Of a stretch of 64,000 bases of DNA, positions 12,033 through 24,551 are shown in pieces; position 1 is the stretch's first letter, and the number at the start of each line of letters is the position of its first letter. Source of the stretch: Takakia lepidozioides (taxonomy: Eukaryota; Plantae; Bryophyta); the NCBI GenBank assembly GCA_030704615.1, contig CM060732.1, positions 57,536,001-57,600,000 of the forward strand, written 5' to 3'. Below the pieces are notes generated by a model. That model searched no databases, was not told where the DNA came from, and saw nothing but the letters and a program-made list of their open reading frames with translations. A program made the translations under genes and the position numbers.

Positions 12033-15000
12033 ATGTTAAGCTTACTAGCACTCCTCCATGAAGAACTTGGCAAAATGTTGATGCTGGGGAGTTTTGGGCA
12101 TGAAGGTCTACTGCGGAGCATGGAGCAGCGCTGGCATGAGGTTTTTAGAGATCCCTCACAATGGTGGGTCAACCGCAATTGCAAGGTGTGGATTTCTAAA
12201 GTTTGTCCGTGCTGCAAGTGTTGGCTCTTCCTGTCATTATCATGATTAGGTAGTTTCGCTGGTGTTTACGAGGTACGTGTGAGGGTCAGCTTGGTCTTAG
12301 GAGGCCATGTTTAGGTCTAAGGCTGCCCAGCTGCACTGTGGTGGTCTCACAGACCTCTTCAAGAAAAGCTAGCTGCTTTCATGATACAAGGTCAAGGACA
12401 ATGTCGTGAGAGCAACTCTTTCAACACATTTCAGCTTGTTTTGCCCTGGTATCAGAGACATCCCTAATATTTTATGTTGAATTCTGGGAGCTATGGTTTG
12501 TTGGGTGGATCTATGGTGGTTTGGTGTGATTTTGACAAGGTACTGCAAATGTGGCAACAGGAAAGTATCCAAAAACAGATAACAGAGGTGAGAAGTGTTG
12601 GAATGAATATTTGTTGGACCCCAGTCAATGGTGGGACAATCGAGGCAAAAAGGTGAATACCTGTTAGATGCATCACAAAGCTTGATTGGAAATTGTCATC
12701 CCCTAACTCTCCCCAGCACATTTTATAAGTCTTGGAGCAATTCAGCCTAGGGGCTAGTGTGTGATAAGTAAGGTTGGGGTGTTGGCTAGAACAAACCAGG
12801 ATGCCATTGTCAGCTGCTACCAGTAAGGCGAGGATCTATAAATTACTGGTGCAGAGGCAGGGATAGCTGAAGGAGCAGGGATGGAGTGTGGGTCCAGATT
12901 CATCCAAGAGGGCAGGATTTCAAGCACAAGATTACTAATGGTTCCCTGTGGATCGATAGCTACAAGAAACCTGCATGGGTAGATGGTCAAGTGGAAGCAG
13001 AAGCACCGGCACAGTTGATAAATCCAGGCACCTCCACTATGACCATAGCTTCCAATAGATGGCCAAGAGAAGGAGTTCACACTGCCTCTTCTGGCACTTC
13101 TGGGCACGTGAGGATGCTATGTGAGGCAGGGCAACTGAAAGAGGCTCTACAGACTTTATATCAAGGACTTATTTCAGCAGATTCAGATACTTATGTCTGT
13201 CTCTTGCATAAGTGCACCAAGATGAAAGGCCTGGAAGCTGGAAAGCAGGTGCACGCTCACATTATCCAAAGTGGATTCAAACCCAATGTTTTTATACACA
13301 ACACCCTGGTCAACATGTATGTAAATTGTGGGAGCATCATGGATGCACACCAAGTGTTCGACGAAATGCCTGAACGAGGTTTGATCACGTGGAATATAAT
13401 GATTGCAGGATTTACCAAGCATGGGTGTGGTAGGAATGTGTTGAGGACTTACGAGCAAATGATGCAGGAAGGGGTGAAGCCCAACCATATCACGTTCGTT
13501 TGCATTCGCAATGCATGTTCAAGCCTTGCAGCCCTCGAAAAGGGCAAAGAGGTCCATGGTGACATCATCAAAGCTGGAATTGTACCAGATGCCATTCTGA
13601 ACACTGCCCTGATGAACATGTATGCTAAATGTAGGAGCATCCAGGATGCAAAGGGAGTGTTCAACAATATGCCTGAACAAAATGTGGTGTCCTGGAGTGC
13701 TATGATTGCAGGATATGTGCGGCATAGGTGTGGGATGGAGGCTTTGGAGACCATTGAGCAAATGATGCGGGAAGGGGTGAAGCCCAACCAGGTCACGTTC
13801 ATTTGTGTTTGCAATGCGTGTGCGAGCCTGGCAGCCCTGGAAAAAGGCAAACAGGTCCATGCTGACATCATGAAAGCTGGAATTCTGCCAGGTGTCATTT
13901 TGGATACTGCCCTGGTAGACATGTATGCCAAATGTGGGAGCATCAAGATGCAAAGGGAGTCTTCGAAAAAATGGCTGAACGAAATGTGGTGTCATGGAGT
14001 GTGATGATCGCAGGATATGTCCAACGTGGGTTTGGGATGGAAGCTTTGGAGACCTATGAGCAGATGATGGGGGAAGGGGTGAAGCCCAACCAGGTCACGT
14101 TTGGTTGCATTTGCAATGCATGTGCAAACCTGGGAGCCCTGGAAAAAGGCAAACAGGTCCATGCTGACATCATGAAAGCTGGAACTCTACCAGGTGTCAT
14201 TCTGGACACTGCCCTTGTGGACATGTATGCCAAATGCGGGAGCATTGAGGATGCAAAGGGAGTGTTTGACAACATGGCTGAACAAAATGTGGTGTCATGG
14301 AGTGCAATGATTGCATGATACGCCCAGCACGGGTGTGGGATGGAGGCTTTGGGGACCTATGACCGAATGATATGGAAGGGGTGAAGCAACCAGGTCACGT
14401 TTGTCTGCATTTGCAATGTGTGTGCGAGCTTGGTAGCCCTGGAAAAAGGCAAAGAGGTCCACACTGTCATCTTGAGAACTGGAATTGTATCAGATACCAT
14501 TCTGAACAGTACCCTTGTGGCCATGTATGTGAAATGTGGGAGCATCGAAGATGCAAAGGGAGTGTTTGACACTATGGCTGAACGAAATTTGGTGTCCTGG
14601 AATACGATGATCACAGGATATGCCCAGCATGGGTGCTGGATGGAGACTTTGGGGACCTATGAGCAAATGATGCAGGAAGGGGCGAAGCCTGACCAGGTCA
14701 CATTTGTTTTTGCTTGTAATGCTTGTGCCTGCCTGGCAGCTCTCGGAAAGGGCAAAGAAGTCCATGCTGACATCATGAAAGCTGGAATTGTACCAGGTGT
14801 CATTCTGGACACTGTCCTTATGGACATGTATGCTAAATGCGGGAGTGTCAAGGATGCAAAGGGAGTGTTTGACAAAATGGCTGAACGAAATATGGTTTCA
14901 TGGAGTGCAATGATTGCAGGATGTGCCCAGCATGGTTGTCATAGGGAAGCCCTGCAACTATTTGAAGGTATGCAAAAGGAAGGCTTCAAGCCAAATGGTA

Positions 15001-15800
15001 CGCCTTTATAAGTGTTCTACAAGCATGTAGCCATGGGGGCCTAATGGATGAAGGCAGACACTAATTCGATTCTCTGAGTCGAGATCATGGCCTCACTCTT
15101 ATAGTGGAGCACTTCGGCTGCATGGTGGACCTTCTTGGCCGTGCAGGGCAATTGGATGAGGCTGAGGACTTCATTAACGAAATGCCAGTCCAACCAAATG
15201 TGGTGGTGTGGAAAGCCTTGCTGGGTGCCTGCAGAATTCATGGCAATGTGGAGGTGGCAGAACGTGCGGCAAAATCTATTCTTAGGTGGGATCGACAGGA
15301 TGCTACTACTTATGTGCTGCTATCAAATATCTATGCCGCACCTGGCAGGTGGGATGATACTGCAAAGGTAAGAACAATGATGAAAATCAGAGGTGTCCAA
15401 AAGCAACCAGATTCCTGCTACATAGAGATCGGCAACCGGGTCCACAAGTTTGTGGTAGATGACAAACTGCATCCGCAAATTGAGGAAATCTGTGCTGAGC
15501 TGAGAAGACTGTATGGGCAGATGGAGGAGGCAGGGTATGTGCCTGACACACGCTTTGTGTTGCATGATGTGGGGGAGGAGCAAAAAAGGAATTTTCTCTG
15601 CCTTCACTGTGAGAATGGCCATTGCCTTTGGCCTGATCAGCACGGCCCCAGGCACGCCTCTTCATGTCATCAAGAACTTTCGGGTGTGGGGTGACTGTCA
15701 CACAGCCACTAAGATTGTTGGGCGAGCAATTCTTGTACGGGATTCCAACCGCTTTCACCACTTCGAAAATGGGGTGTGTTCTTGCGAGGAATACTGGTGA
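12033..15800 (+). pseudogene. PLS-class PPR-E-DYW (PG-type) RNA-editing factor pseudogene with two N-terminal OSB-type PDF motifs; exons approx. 12033-12185, 12331-~12405 (decayed), 12561-12652, 12898-15800
   Basis: Many PLS repeats, E domain (EHFGCMVDLLGRAGQLDEAE...WKALLGACRIHGN), PG-box-like 'QKQPDSCYIE', DYW end '[16 protein letters not shown]'; frameshifts near 13947, ~14380, ~15003, ~15612 and TGA at 14316-14318; upstream exons give 'WHEVFRDPSQWWVNRNCK' and 'WNEYLLDPSQWWDNRGKK|IHPRGQDFKHKITNGSLWIDSYKKPAWV'. Confidence 0.88.
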
Positions 15801-16039
15801 ATTGATGTATTGTTACAGGTGTGAGTGTCTGGCTTCTTTCATTAAGACTATGAAGCTGCTTGGTTGCTTCACTGTTCCCTGGGAATGTTAGCCATGATGT
15901 TCAGTTGAGGGCATTTCATCCATGGCATTTTAACCCTCCAAGAACCGGCTATGGGGTCTACCCAGCAGGAGGTGGGAATCAAGCCCGTAATTGCAGATGC
16001 ACTCCCTCAGCCAACGGTAATGTCATTGACTATTGCTGT

Positions 16040-17084
16040 TCTGGTCAAACGCATCCTGAAGTACCTCAAGGGCACCCTCCACATGCGCATCACATACAGC
16101 CGTGGCAATAATCCGAATCAGTATAAGACATATGTGGATGCAGATTTTGCAGCCGACACCGATTCCCGCAAGTCAAGATCAGGTTTTATTCTGATGCTCA
16201 ACAATGGTCCAATTGCTTGGGGGAGTCAGAAGCAAGAGTGCACTGCAGTCAGTACGACCGAGGCAGAATACATTGCCGCACATCTTGGTGCACGCGAGAC
16301 AGTCTGGCTCTTCCGACCGTTGAATGATCTTGGCTATCGCCCGTACATTGCCGCACATCTTGGTGCACGCGAGACAGTCTGGCTCTGCTGACTGTTGAAT
16401 GATCTTGGCTATCGCCAGAACAGACCAACTACGCTGCAGAGTGACAATCAGTCTGCAATCCGGCTCATTCGAAACCCAGAGTTTCACCGCCGCACCAGAC
16501 ACATTGATCTTCACTATCACATCATCCGTGAGTATCAAGCCAATGGGGAGATCAATGTGGTCTAAATTCCAACCAGAGATCAGCTCGCAGACCTGCTAAC
16601 CAAGCCTCTGCCTCGCAATCAGTTCGTTCGCCTTCGCTCCCTCCTTGGACTTACAGAGGCTACTGTTCAGCCTCCATTACTCTAAGTGGGAGTGTAGAAG
16701 GTAGTATACAACCTAGCATACAGAGCAATGTAGGCTATGTACTTTCCCGCCCAGTCAGTGCCCATCCCGCGTTGTATGCAAGTATGATTGTTGACTGCAC
16801 CTCTGCCTTATGAGGACGCTTCTAGGACCTGGCTCACTCTCTTTCGTCCTGTGTCCTGGAGAGTGAGCTTGACTCACTGTGTTCACGGCTTAGTCTTAGC
16901 AGTCTAAGTCAACTAGTGGTCAAGCTGTGGATTGTCATATCCACCTGAGCGTGTGCAAGCTTTATGAGTCCTGTGATTCAGTAAAGCAGTATTTTGCATA
17001 TTCGTGTGTGTGTGTGTTCATGTGTTAATGTGAGTGGCTGATTAGAAAGGTGTTTGGGTCAACCTTTATCTTACTCTGTCTACA
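16040..17084 (+). mobile_element. Ty1/Copia retrotransposon 3' remnant (RT end, RNase H, PPT, 3' LTR)
   Basis: 'KRILKYLKGT..YVDADFA..DSRKSRSG..WGSQKQ..STTEAEY..DNQSAI..NPEFHRRTRHID..QLADLLTKPL'; PPT AAGTGGGAG before the LTR; internal ~75-bp tandem duplication at 16269-16416. Confidence 0.92.
16693..17084 (+). repeat. Copia LTR (392 bp)
   Basis: Starts TGTAGA directly after the PPT and ends TCTACA (inverted termini). Confidence 0.8.
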
Positions 17085-18477
17085 ATAGATGTGACTACAG
17101 CCAGGCCAAGCCCAATCTCAGTTTTCTTAACTGATTTCTCTTGGCAGCAGAAGAAACATGTTGTCCCCTGTTCTCTTTTTTTTGTTTAAAACATGCATAT
17201 ATAAATGCAAAGGGCTTTTACAACATAACTTGGTTTTCTTTTTGAAATAAGGTATGATGTACATTTTTATTTTTATTTTTGAAAGGGCCGATCCCTTGGA
17301 GAGAGACTCGGTGAGATGATGCCAATGGGAGTTGACATAAATAAGAGCATCTTCCCCTTGCACGGTTAAAGAGGAGGGTTGTAAATTGTAAATTGAAGTC
17401 TAGTCTGATCTGTTCCAACCGGACACGAGACCTATGCCACGAGAATGTAAGCATGGCCTAACCCACACACATACACACAAAAAGGCATACATGAGGATGC
17501 ATTAACATAGGCTTCTCACCATACTTGATGTACACAACCTCTTCCCAAAATTCATGTGCGACATAGCAGCTATTAACTCTAAATACAGCTCTACTGCGTC
17601 AAGCGAAAACAAACTATGGACAGGTATCTTTCTTGTGATTTGAGAGCTTAGGAAGTAAGCAGCATAGCCAGCAGACTGAGAAAAAAATACGGAAGACAAA
17701 TATGGACCTAGGCATGTATGTGGTCGAGTGGGTATATTATACGGGTAAAGAATATGGCAACACCTCACATAGAGATTGGGAGAGAACATAGGGGATAATC
17801 AGCAAATGATACAAACCTTCTTACCTACAGGATGGTCTAAATGATGGTAGAAACAAAAGCAAACAGAAGCCATAGCTACCAACCAGGACACATGTAACAC
17901 ATTGTTGTCATTTGACTGCACAGTTGTAGAGTAGGCAAAGATCACCCTTCGCAACACACAACTCATCCAGCACTATGTTGGTGTAGGCAATGTAAAATCC
18001 CTCTCAAGAGCTCAATTCACCAACTTTCAAAATCTTGAGGCAGGCCTTTCTCAAGGCTGAGCCCTGGGTTCAATTGCTGGGTAGCTCTCGCACAGTAGCT
18101 TGAGTAGAGGGCTTTCTGGAGGAAATCTGGAAAGGCCATACCAATTGTCACTGCTGGGGTGCGCCCCTCACAAAGGCAACGTCTGTTCCCTCGGGTTCCG
18201 TGCCTGGTCTACGTCCACACGGCAAACGTCATCTTATGAGTACATTCTCTCACACACAGCAGATTGATGCTTGTGTGTGAAGATGTGTCTGTTCCCTATT
18301 GTTCCGCCCAAACCAGGTGTGGGGTCTATGGCCACAAGGCTAAGGAAAACAATGTCTTCTGAGTACATTCTCCTTCTTCGAGAACAACTGTGCAGTCACA
18401 GCAAAGTGTCACAGGTGTCCCAATTGGCAGCTATGGCTTCTGTTTGCGTCTGCTTCTAGCATTATTTAGACCACCCT

Positions 18478-18586
18478 GTAAGACTGTAGCCCATCATCAC
18501 CCCTTTGTAAGCCTTTGCCTCCAGCTTTGTGCATAGTTCATTGGGTACGTGGACGTAGCAGAGGGCTCCGAACACACGCAGATGTC
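18478..18586 (-). mobile_element. Copia pol fragment (post-integrase region)
   Basis: Reverse frame reads 'HLRVFGALCYVHVPNELCTKLEAKAYKGVMMGYS', the Copia LRVFG..YVHVP..KL..K motif. Confidence 0.75.
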
Positions 18587-18592
18587 CAATGG

Positions 18593-19046
18593 ACCTGCGT
18601 TTGCTTGTGAGGATCGATAATCCCTAAGCCCTCTTTGTTTTTCTTTTGGCAAAGTTGTTCCCATGAAACGAGGGCTCTTCTGATTGGGCTCGCTGGGGTT
18701 GCCCCCCAAAGGAAGTTCCGCATCATAGCCTTTGATTTCTTTATTGGTTATTGCTCCAGGGTTCCACATTGCAGAGTAAAACCACTTGGTTGCAAGTAGG
18801 ACCTGGTTGACCACCAGCGCTCGTCCAACAATAGAGAGCATCGCTGAGCTCCAGAAAGCCAATTTTTTCCTTATTTTCATGATGACCTCCTTCATCCTAT
18901 TCTGCTGGGACAGGTTATGACCCACCTGATGGCCAAGCAGTTTGTGAGATTCTCCCTCCTGAAGCCAAGACAGCCCAAGGTCGATCCCCTATGGAAGGTA
19001 GTCTGCAGAGCCAGCTTGTAAGATAGACAAGATTCCAACCGATTTA
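18593..19046 (-). mobile_element. L1-type LINE ORF2 fragment (post-RT region)
   Basis: 'KIRKKLAFWSSAMLSIVGRALVVNQVL', 'RNFLWG..LVSWEQLCQKKNKEGLGIID'; near-identical to 43968-44427. Confidence 0.88.
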
Positions 19047-21180
19047 CAACATGCACACTGCTTTTTGTCCTAAGGTGATTTTACATGTATTTGCTGCTAA
19101 AAGTGACTGTCACTCTGATGATATAGGGAGGATAAGGAGCCATGTTGTTTGCTTGTTGCTCATGCGTATGCAATTGACGGACAGGAATGTGAAGAGACCA
19201 ACTGGAAGTTTGTAAAACCCTCATGAGGGTTTTGAGAAAAAAGCAAAGCTGACTGCTACTTGTCTGTTCTTCTCTTTCCTTCTGTCTGTAAACTGCAGCC
19301 AGGCTATAATGAGAGAAGACGTAGACTATATCCATCTAGCTTCCCTTCCTTTACTCTGCCACCTGCTTCACGACCATTGACATCTCCTACAAATCTGAAA
19401 TCCTGTGTTATAATGGCTCAGAAAAAGAACAGCAACCATTAGTGAAACCGGTACAGATATGGATGACTCTATCTGCAACAAAAGCTCCTACCTAATTAGC
19501 AGTAGCAATTCCTCTGTACTTCTCCCACAATAGCCCTCCTCCCTCCTCTCTCCTCTGTTACAAATTCTGGTCATTAATGAGAACCTGCCCCGACATTCCC
19601 AGTACTGGGATTGGATGGCAGATAGCTGTGAGACCTCCTGCCCCACCCATCTTCCACTGCAGCTATCACACTTGGATGGTGCTTGCTTCTACTTTGGCAC
19701 ACTACTCTCCCATCTACAGCACACCTAACCAACCACAAGGAGAAGACCACTCTTTCCCTAACGCTATGAAATTGATCCTAACAATCATAACCAACTGTCT
19801 CTACAAGGATGTACAGTGTACTAAAAGCAGTTAATCAGGAACTCGCAGGAGCTGCAAGCCCAAGGCAGATGACTTACCCAAGACCAATGGCACAACCCCC
19901 AAATTGAAAGCCATTCTTCAATGACAGGAGATTAATACCATCATCTGCACAGAAACCAGACCACCAGGCTACCCCACCACCAGGCTATTACTCATATTTC
20001 CTCATGCAATACACTGAGACCTATGCATGAAAAAAAACTACCTCATCTAGTGGAAACCACACGTCCAACCTGCAAAGGGTGCTGCTCCTCTTGGAATCCT
20101 TCAGGCCGAGACACAAGAACACATGTAGGAACCAGTGCACCGCAGGCTTGGAACAGCACGTGTTTAAATTTATTAAGGTGCTTAGTGCCCAGGTTGGAAC
20201 TACAGATAATACCAATACTTTGGATTTTCCACAGATAGCGGCCTAGTCTGTTATCGTGCTATCCTCCAAAACTGCGATGTTCAAAGTTATCAATACTCAA
20301 GTACAGCTCAACAACACCATCAGTGGTGCTATAGAATCTAGAAGACATTGGTAAGAGTCCAGGCAATATTCAACAAACTACAGGTAAGAACTAGTGTCAT
20401 TAAAGCATCACATGACCTGAATGCATGCTCCTGAATGAGATGTCATTCAGCTACCTTCCATCTTAAGAGCAATTTGGAGTTCCTAATTTGCCCTCCAAAC
20501 CACAAAACATCAGACCAACAAGGCATCCTCGTTGCCAAGAAAGGCCATATCCAGCTTCCAAGGTTATGCTGCTCAATGCCAACTCTCTAAGCTTGAAGTA
20601 TGCGGGTGACAATTGTAACCACTTGCACTATCTAAGCTGCTAAATCTTACCTAGGTACCATGTGAAACTAGGATGCTGCTGTAATACTCACTTTTTTTGT
20701 TTATATCAATGTAAGCTACTACATCACTAGGCATTATTGATTTCCTCTCTGTGCATGAATGAGAGTCCAGTTTCAACAAAATACCTTCACAACAAAATGG
20801 AATCACAGCCTCAGAAATCCAACTTCTTGTTGGAGAAAAAAGAAATTATCAAACAATGTGAATATTGTACAGGGCAAAATATGTTGACTTGTGATCTTCA
20901 GCCCTGTGGAGATTCGGAGACTTAAGCAGACTACCAACTTCCAGAACACTATGGACAAAGCTACAACTCCAGAAAACACTATGAACAGACCTAAGCACTT
21001 TACTCCTTTAACAGCTCTGCAAAGCGCAGACCAAACAGTTACAGGGGTTCTACTTGGCCACACCAAAATGGTGAAGGCATCAAACAGTGTCAAAGAGATT
21101 ACACTCATAGACGTGAAGTTTCCTAGGGGAGGAGGTGGTAGTGTCCAGAAACACCATATTGGTCAGATAGAATAAGACCT

Positions 21181-22532
21181 TCACTTCTTTGCTTTCTTGG
21201 CTGCAGGCCCTCCAGCTTTTGTTGTAGCCTTTCTCTTGGCAGCAGCAGAGGCCTTAGTGCTCTTGGAAGTCTTGAGCGACTTGGGTGCCTTCTTTGGAGT
21301 AGTCATCTTCTTAGTCGGGGCAGCCTTCTTAACCGGGACTGATTTCTTTGCCGGCGAAGGGACAGGCTTTCTTGGCGATGCAACAATCTTCTCAGGTGCT
21401 TTCTTTGGAGTTGTTGCCTTCTCCTTGCGACCCTTGGCCTGCTTGGGAGACTGTGATGCTTTGGGCTCCGGTTTTGACGCCTTGAGAGCCTTCACAGCTT
21501 TCACACCTCTGGTTACCTTTGCCGCAACAGGGGCCTTTGCAGAAGGGGACTTTGCGGCTTTCGCAGCTGAGACACCAGTGGCAGTCTTTGCAGTAGCACG
21601 GCCTCCAGCTTTCTTAGCCTCCTTCACAACTTTGGGTGACTTGGAAACCTTTATCACCTTGATGGTTTTCACGGGCTTGGTTTCCTTGGCAACCGGGGCT
21701 GGCTTCACAGCCTTTGAACCCTTCTTCAGCTCGTCAGAAAGCTTGAAGGAATTTTTTACCTTCAAGACCTTCCCCTGTTTCGTGAGATTCCGTAACTGAA
21801 TAGTTAGAGTCTTCTTGAAATTCGGAGGTAGGCCCGTCTTGTATTTGTCCTCCAGAAACTTGGCAATAGCATACTGACTGGAGCCCGTCCTCTCCTTCAG
21901 AGAAGCAATCGCTTCCCCCACCATCTAGAACCGAGCAGAGCATAAGTGCACTAAGTTCAGAACACATAAGCAGAATAATCATAACCACAACAAATCTCCC
22001 ACATCTTCGCGTGCATGCAAGAATGTAGAACAGTGAGGGCTGTTGCCAGCAGAAATTCCTGGAGGACCCCTGCCCAGTAATCCTCTAGGTGGGAAAGGGT
22101 TGGCAGAATGCCATTTTCGTTTCGACGGTGAATGGGTGAGTTTAGTAGGACTTTACAACAATTCGCTAACCACGGATTACGACTCCTAGATGAGCTTCAC
22201 AAAAAAGGGGTTCACATGATGTCGGAAGCAAGGCCCAATATCACACACAAGTAAACCACCACGCTCAAAGCATGCAGCTCTCACGGCCACTGCAAGAACC
22301 TTTGTGTGAAACTAGTTACAAACAGAGCAAGCCAAATTTTCCATACCAACACATAAGGAGGGTGTGCCGTAGGAGGTTTCGGGGCCTTGGCCTTCTTCTC
22401 TTTTGGCTCCTTGGGCGCTTTCGGCTTCTTCTCCTTCGGTACCTTCTCTGGCTTCTCATCGGTCTTCACCTCCTCAATCACCTCCTGCACGACTGGGGCT
22501 TCCGTAACAGGTGCTGTGTCCGTCGACGCCAT
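21181..22532 (-). CDS. Histone H1 (linker histone), exons 22532-22347 and 21924-21181, 309 aa
   Basis: GH1 'HPPYVL|MVGEAIASLKERTGSSQYAIAKFLE..LPPNFKKTL..LKVKNSFKL', Lys/Ala/Pro-rich tail; phase-0 GT-AG intron. Confidence 0.96.
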
Positions 22533-23434
22533 TGCACCAAACAAATGACTAACACTTACTATCACTCACTCTGAATCCCACTCTCAGACAAACACACACA
22601 CAGTACCCTTCGACGGTGCTTCACAAAGAAAAAGCACACCTTTTCTCTCAGACTGTAAAATCCTCAAAGAAACAACCACTCAACTCACAGTACAGAAGCC
22701 ACAGGGAGCTTTCTGTGGACCTCCAACCAAAAATACTCCTATTAGCCTCACTGCAGAGACGCCACCGACAAATCAGCATGGACCTCGGACGGAGAAACCA
22801 AAACAGACACCACGCTCGACCTCAACCCTCAGAAACCACCTAGGGTCGCACACAGAATGTGCAGGAGGTCAAACAGCCTGAAAAAACAGTTTCCAAACCA
22901 CAAAAACACCACCCAAAATGGTCAAACGCAGCCCAGACAAGGGCAGAAGGGATAGCAACCAGCGTAGAGCTCAAGAAGCTCAAGAAACGCAAGCGCGCAC
23001 GAATGCAAGAGAGTAGGGCAGGCCTTGGCCTGGAAGCAGATGAGAGCCAGCCACCCCTGCATGGTTACTCCTGCACCCCGTTCTCTCCGTCTGCGCACTC
23101 CGGAGCACACGTTCCCTAACGATGGGTCTGCTCTTTTGTTGCGAACTCGTGGGAACGCAGTCCTTCGTGGGACCTACCCTTACTCCCGCCCTATTATCAC
23201 CAAATTGAAACTTTACCGCCCATCTTTTCTCGTTTTCATTATTTTTCCTTTTTTTCGAGACTTCGACCATTTTCTGTGAAATTCATTTATTTTACTTTTA
23301 TTTTTATTTTTTAAAAAGGGAAACACCTGGGAACAAATCAGGCCCCTTAATAGTGAGAGGAGAAAATAACCTCTTTCAGAGTAACCACGGGGACACCGCC
23401 CAAGGGAATGGGGAGAAGAGTATACCACACCTGT

Positions 23435-23500
23435 CAAGTAGCAGGATTTGACCCCAGAGTCATCTGGGTGGCACTCAGTGCACTAACCAACTGAGCTACT
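23435..23500 (-). mobile_element. tRNA-derived SINE head / tRNA pseudogene
   Basis: Minus strand AGTAGCTCAGTTGGTTAG (A box) ... GGGTCAAATCC (B box); no intact cloverleaf. Confidence 0.55.
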
Positions 23501-24143
23501 GACAGCTGGTTTTATATTTATTCTGGAAAACAAACTCTGAGTCGTTTTATCTCCTTATTGGTGGAATTTGATTAAAAAAACAATTCCTGATATATATTTC
23601 TATCGTAATAAAAGAATAACTATAATGATGTCCCTCTGTCCATTGACACTGACATGTTTTATGGTTTTGAATTTGGCTGCTGAGAACCGTACGTTTGACT
23701 TGTTGTTCTTAGGGAACATGTTCCCAAAGATGACGCATCTCGGTCGTTGGATGGCCGATATCAGCGGCCGATTTGAGGTTAACAGATAGTCAAGGGCGTG
23801 GAGCGCTAATTCTTTGGTAGAAGAGATACCTACGCTAGTGCCTAGTGAGGCCTAGTGTCCGCAAGTTTGCAATATCTGTTTCTAGCAGAGGGAGTGGAGG
23901 ACTGAGTAATCACAGAACCCACCTAGAATATGCTAGTGGAATTGTAATTTTCCATCATTTCCTACATCGAAAGTTCTCAAATTCTGGTGACTCTAGTTCG
24001 TTAGAAGGGTTTCAGCGATCTCCCAACGGATAACCCACTATCTTCCCCCATAAATTAACTGATACTTAGAGGAAAGGCGGGAAATTCCGTCAGAATCTCC
24101 CTCTTCGATACCTTCTGCATCCTGGAGTTTTGATGGAGTATTC

Positions 24144-24551
24144 CAGTGTTGGTCTACCAGGTCATATACCAAACCAGGCTGGTATCCGTTTTCTCATACC
24201 AGCCACAATACCAGTAACCACCCCCCCCCCCCCATCTTCCTCATTTACTCTGGTATGTGTATTATAGTAGTTTATGTGGACATACATGTACTTATTTATA
24301 TTTACTTTGTGTTTATTGTATTTGTTTCCACTTGATATTTGAGAAACTTGTAAGTCAAATGGCTTTGGAATGCTACCAGAATTGATATCTCATACCTGCT
24401 GGTATTGTGGTCATGATACTCATACTCATACCAGTATCTGGAAAAAAATACATCCACCATTATATAGACCATACTGGTATGAAAGTTTTGGGATGGGGCT
24501 GGTATCAGGACCAGGCTGGTATGTAAAAAACCTAATACCAGACCAATAGTG
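24144..24551. mobile_element. hAT-type MITE (408 bp)
   Basis: 8-bp TSD GAGTATTC at 24136-24143 and 24552-24559; imperfect TIRs CAGTGTTGGTCT / AGACCAATAGTG; many internal ATACCAG/CTGGTAT subterminal motifs. Confidence 0.75.

Noticed and set aside
23435-23500. Functional tRNA gene (also 60578-60636)
   Set aside because: A/B boxes present but no consistent acceptor/anticodon stems; treated as SINE heads or pseudogenes
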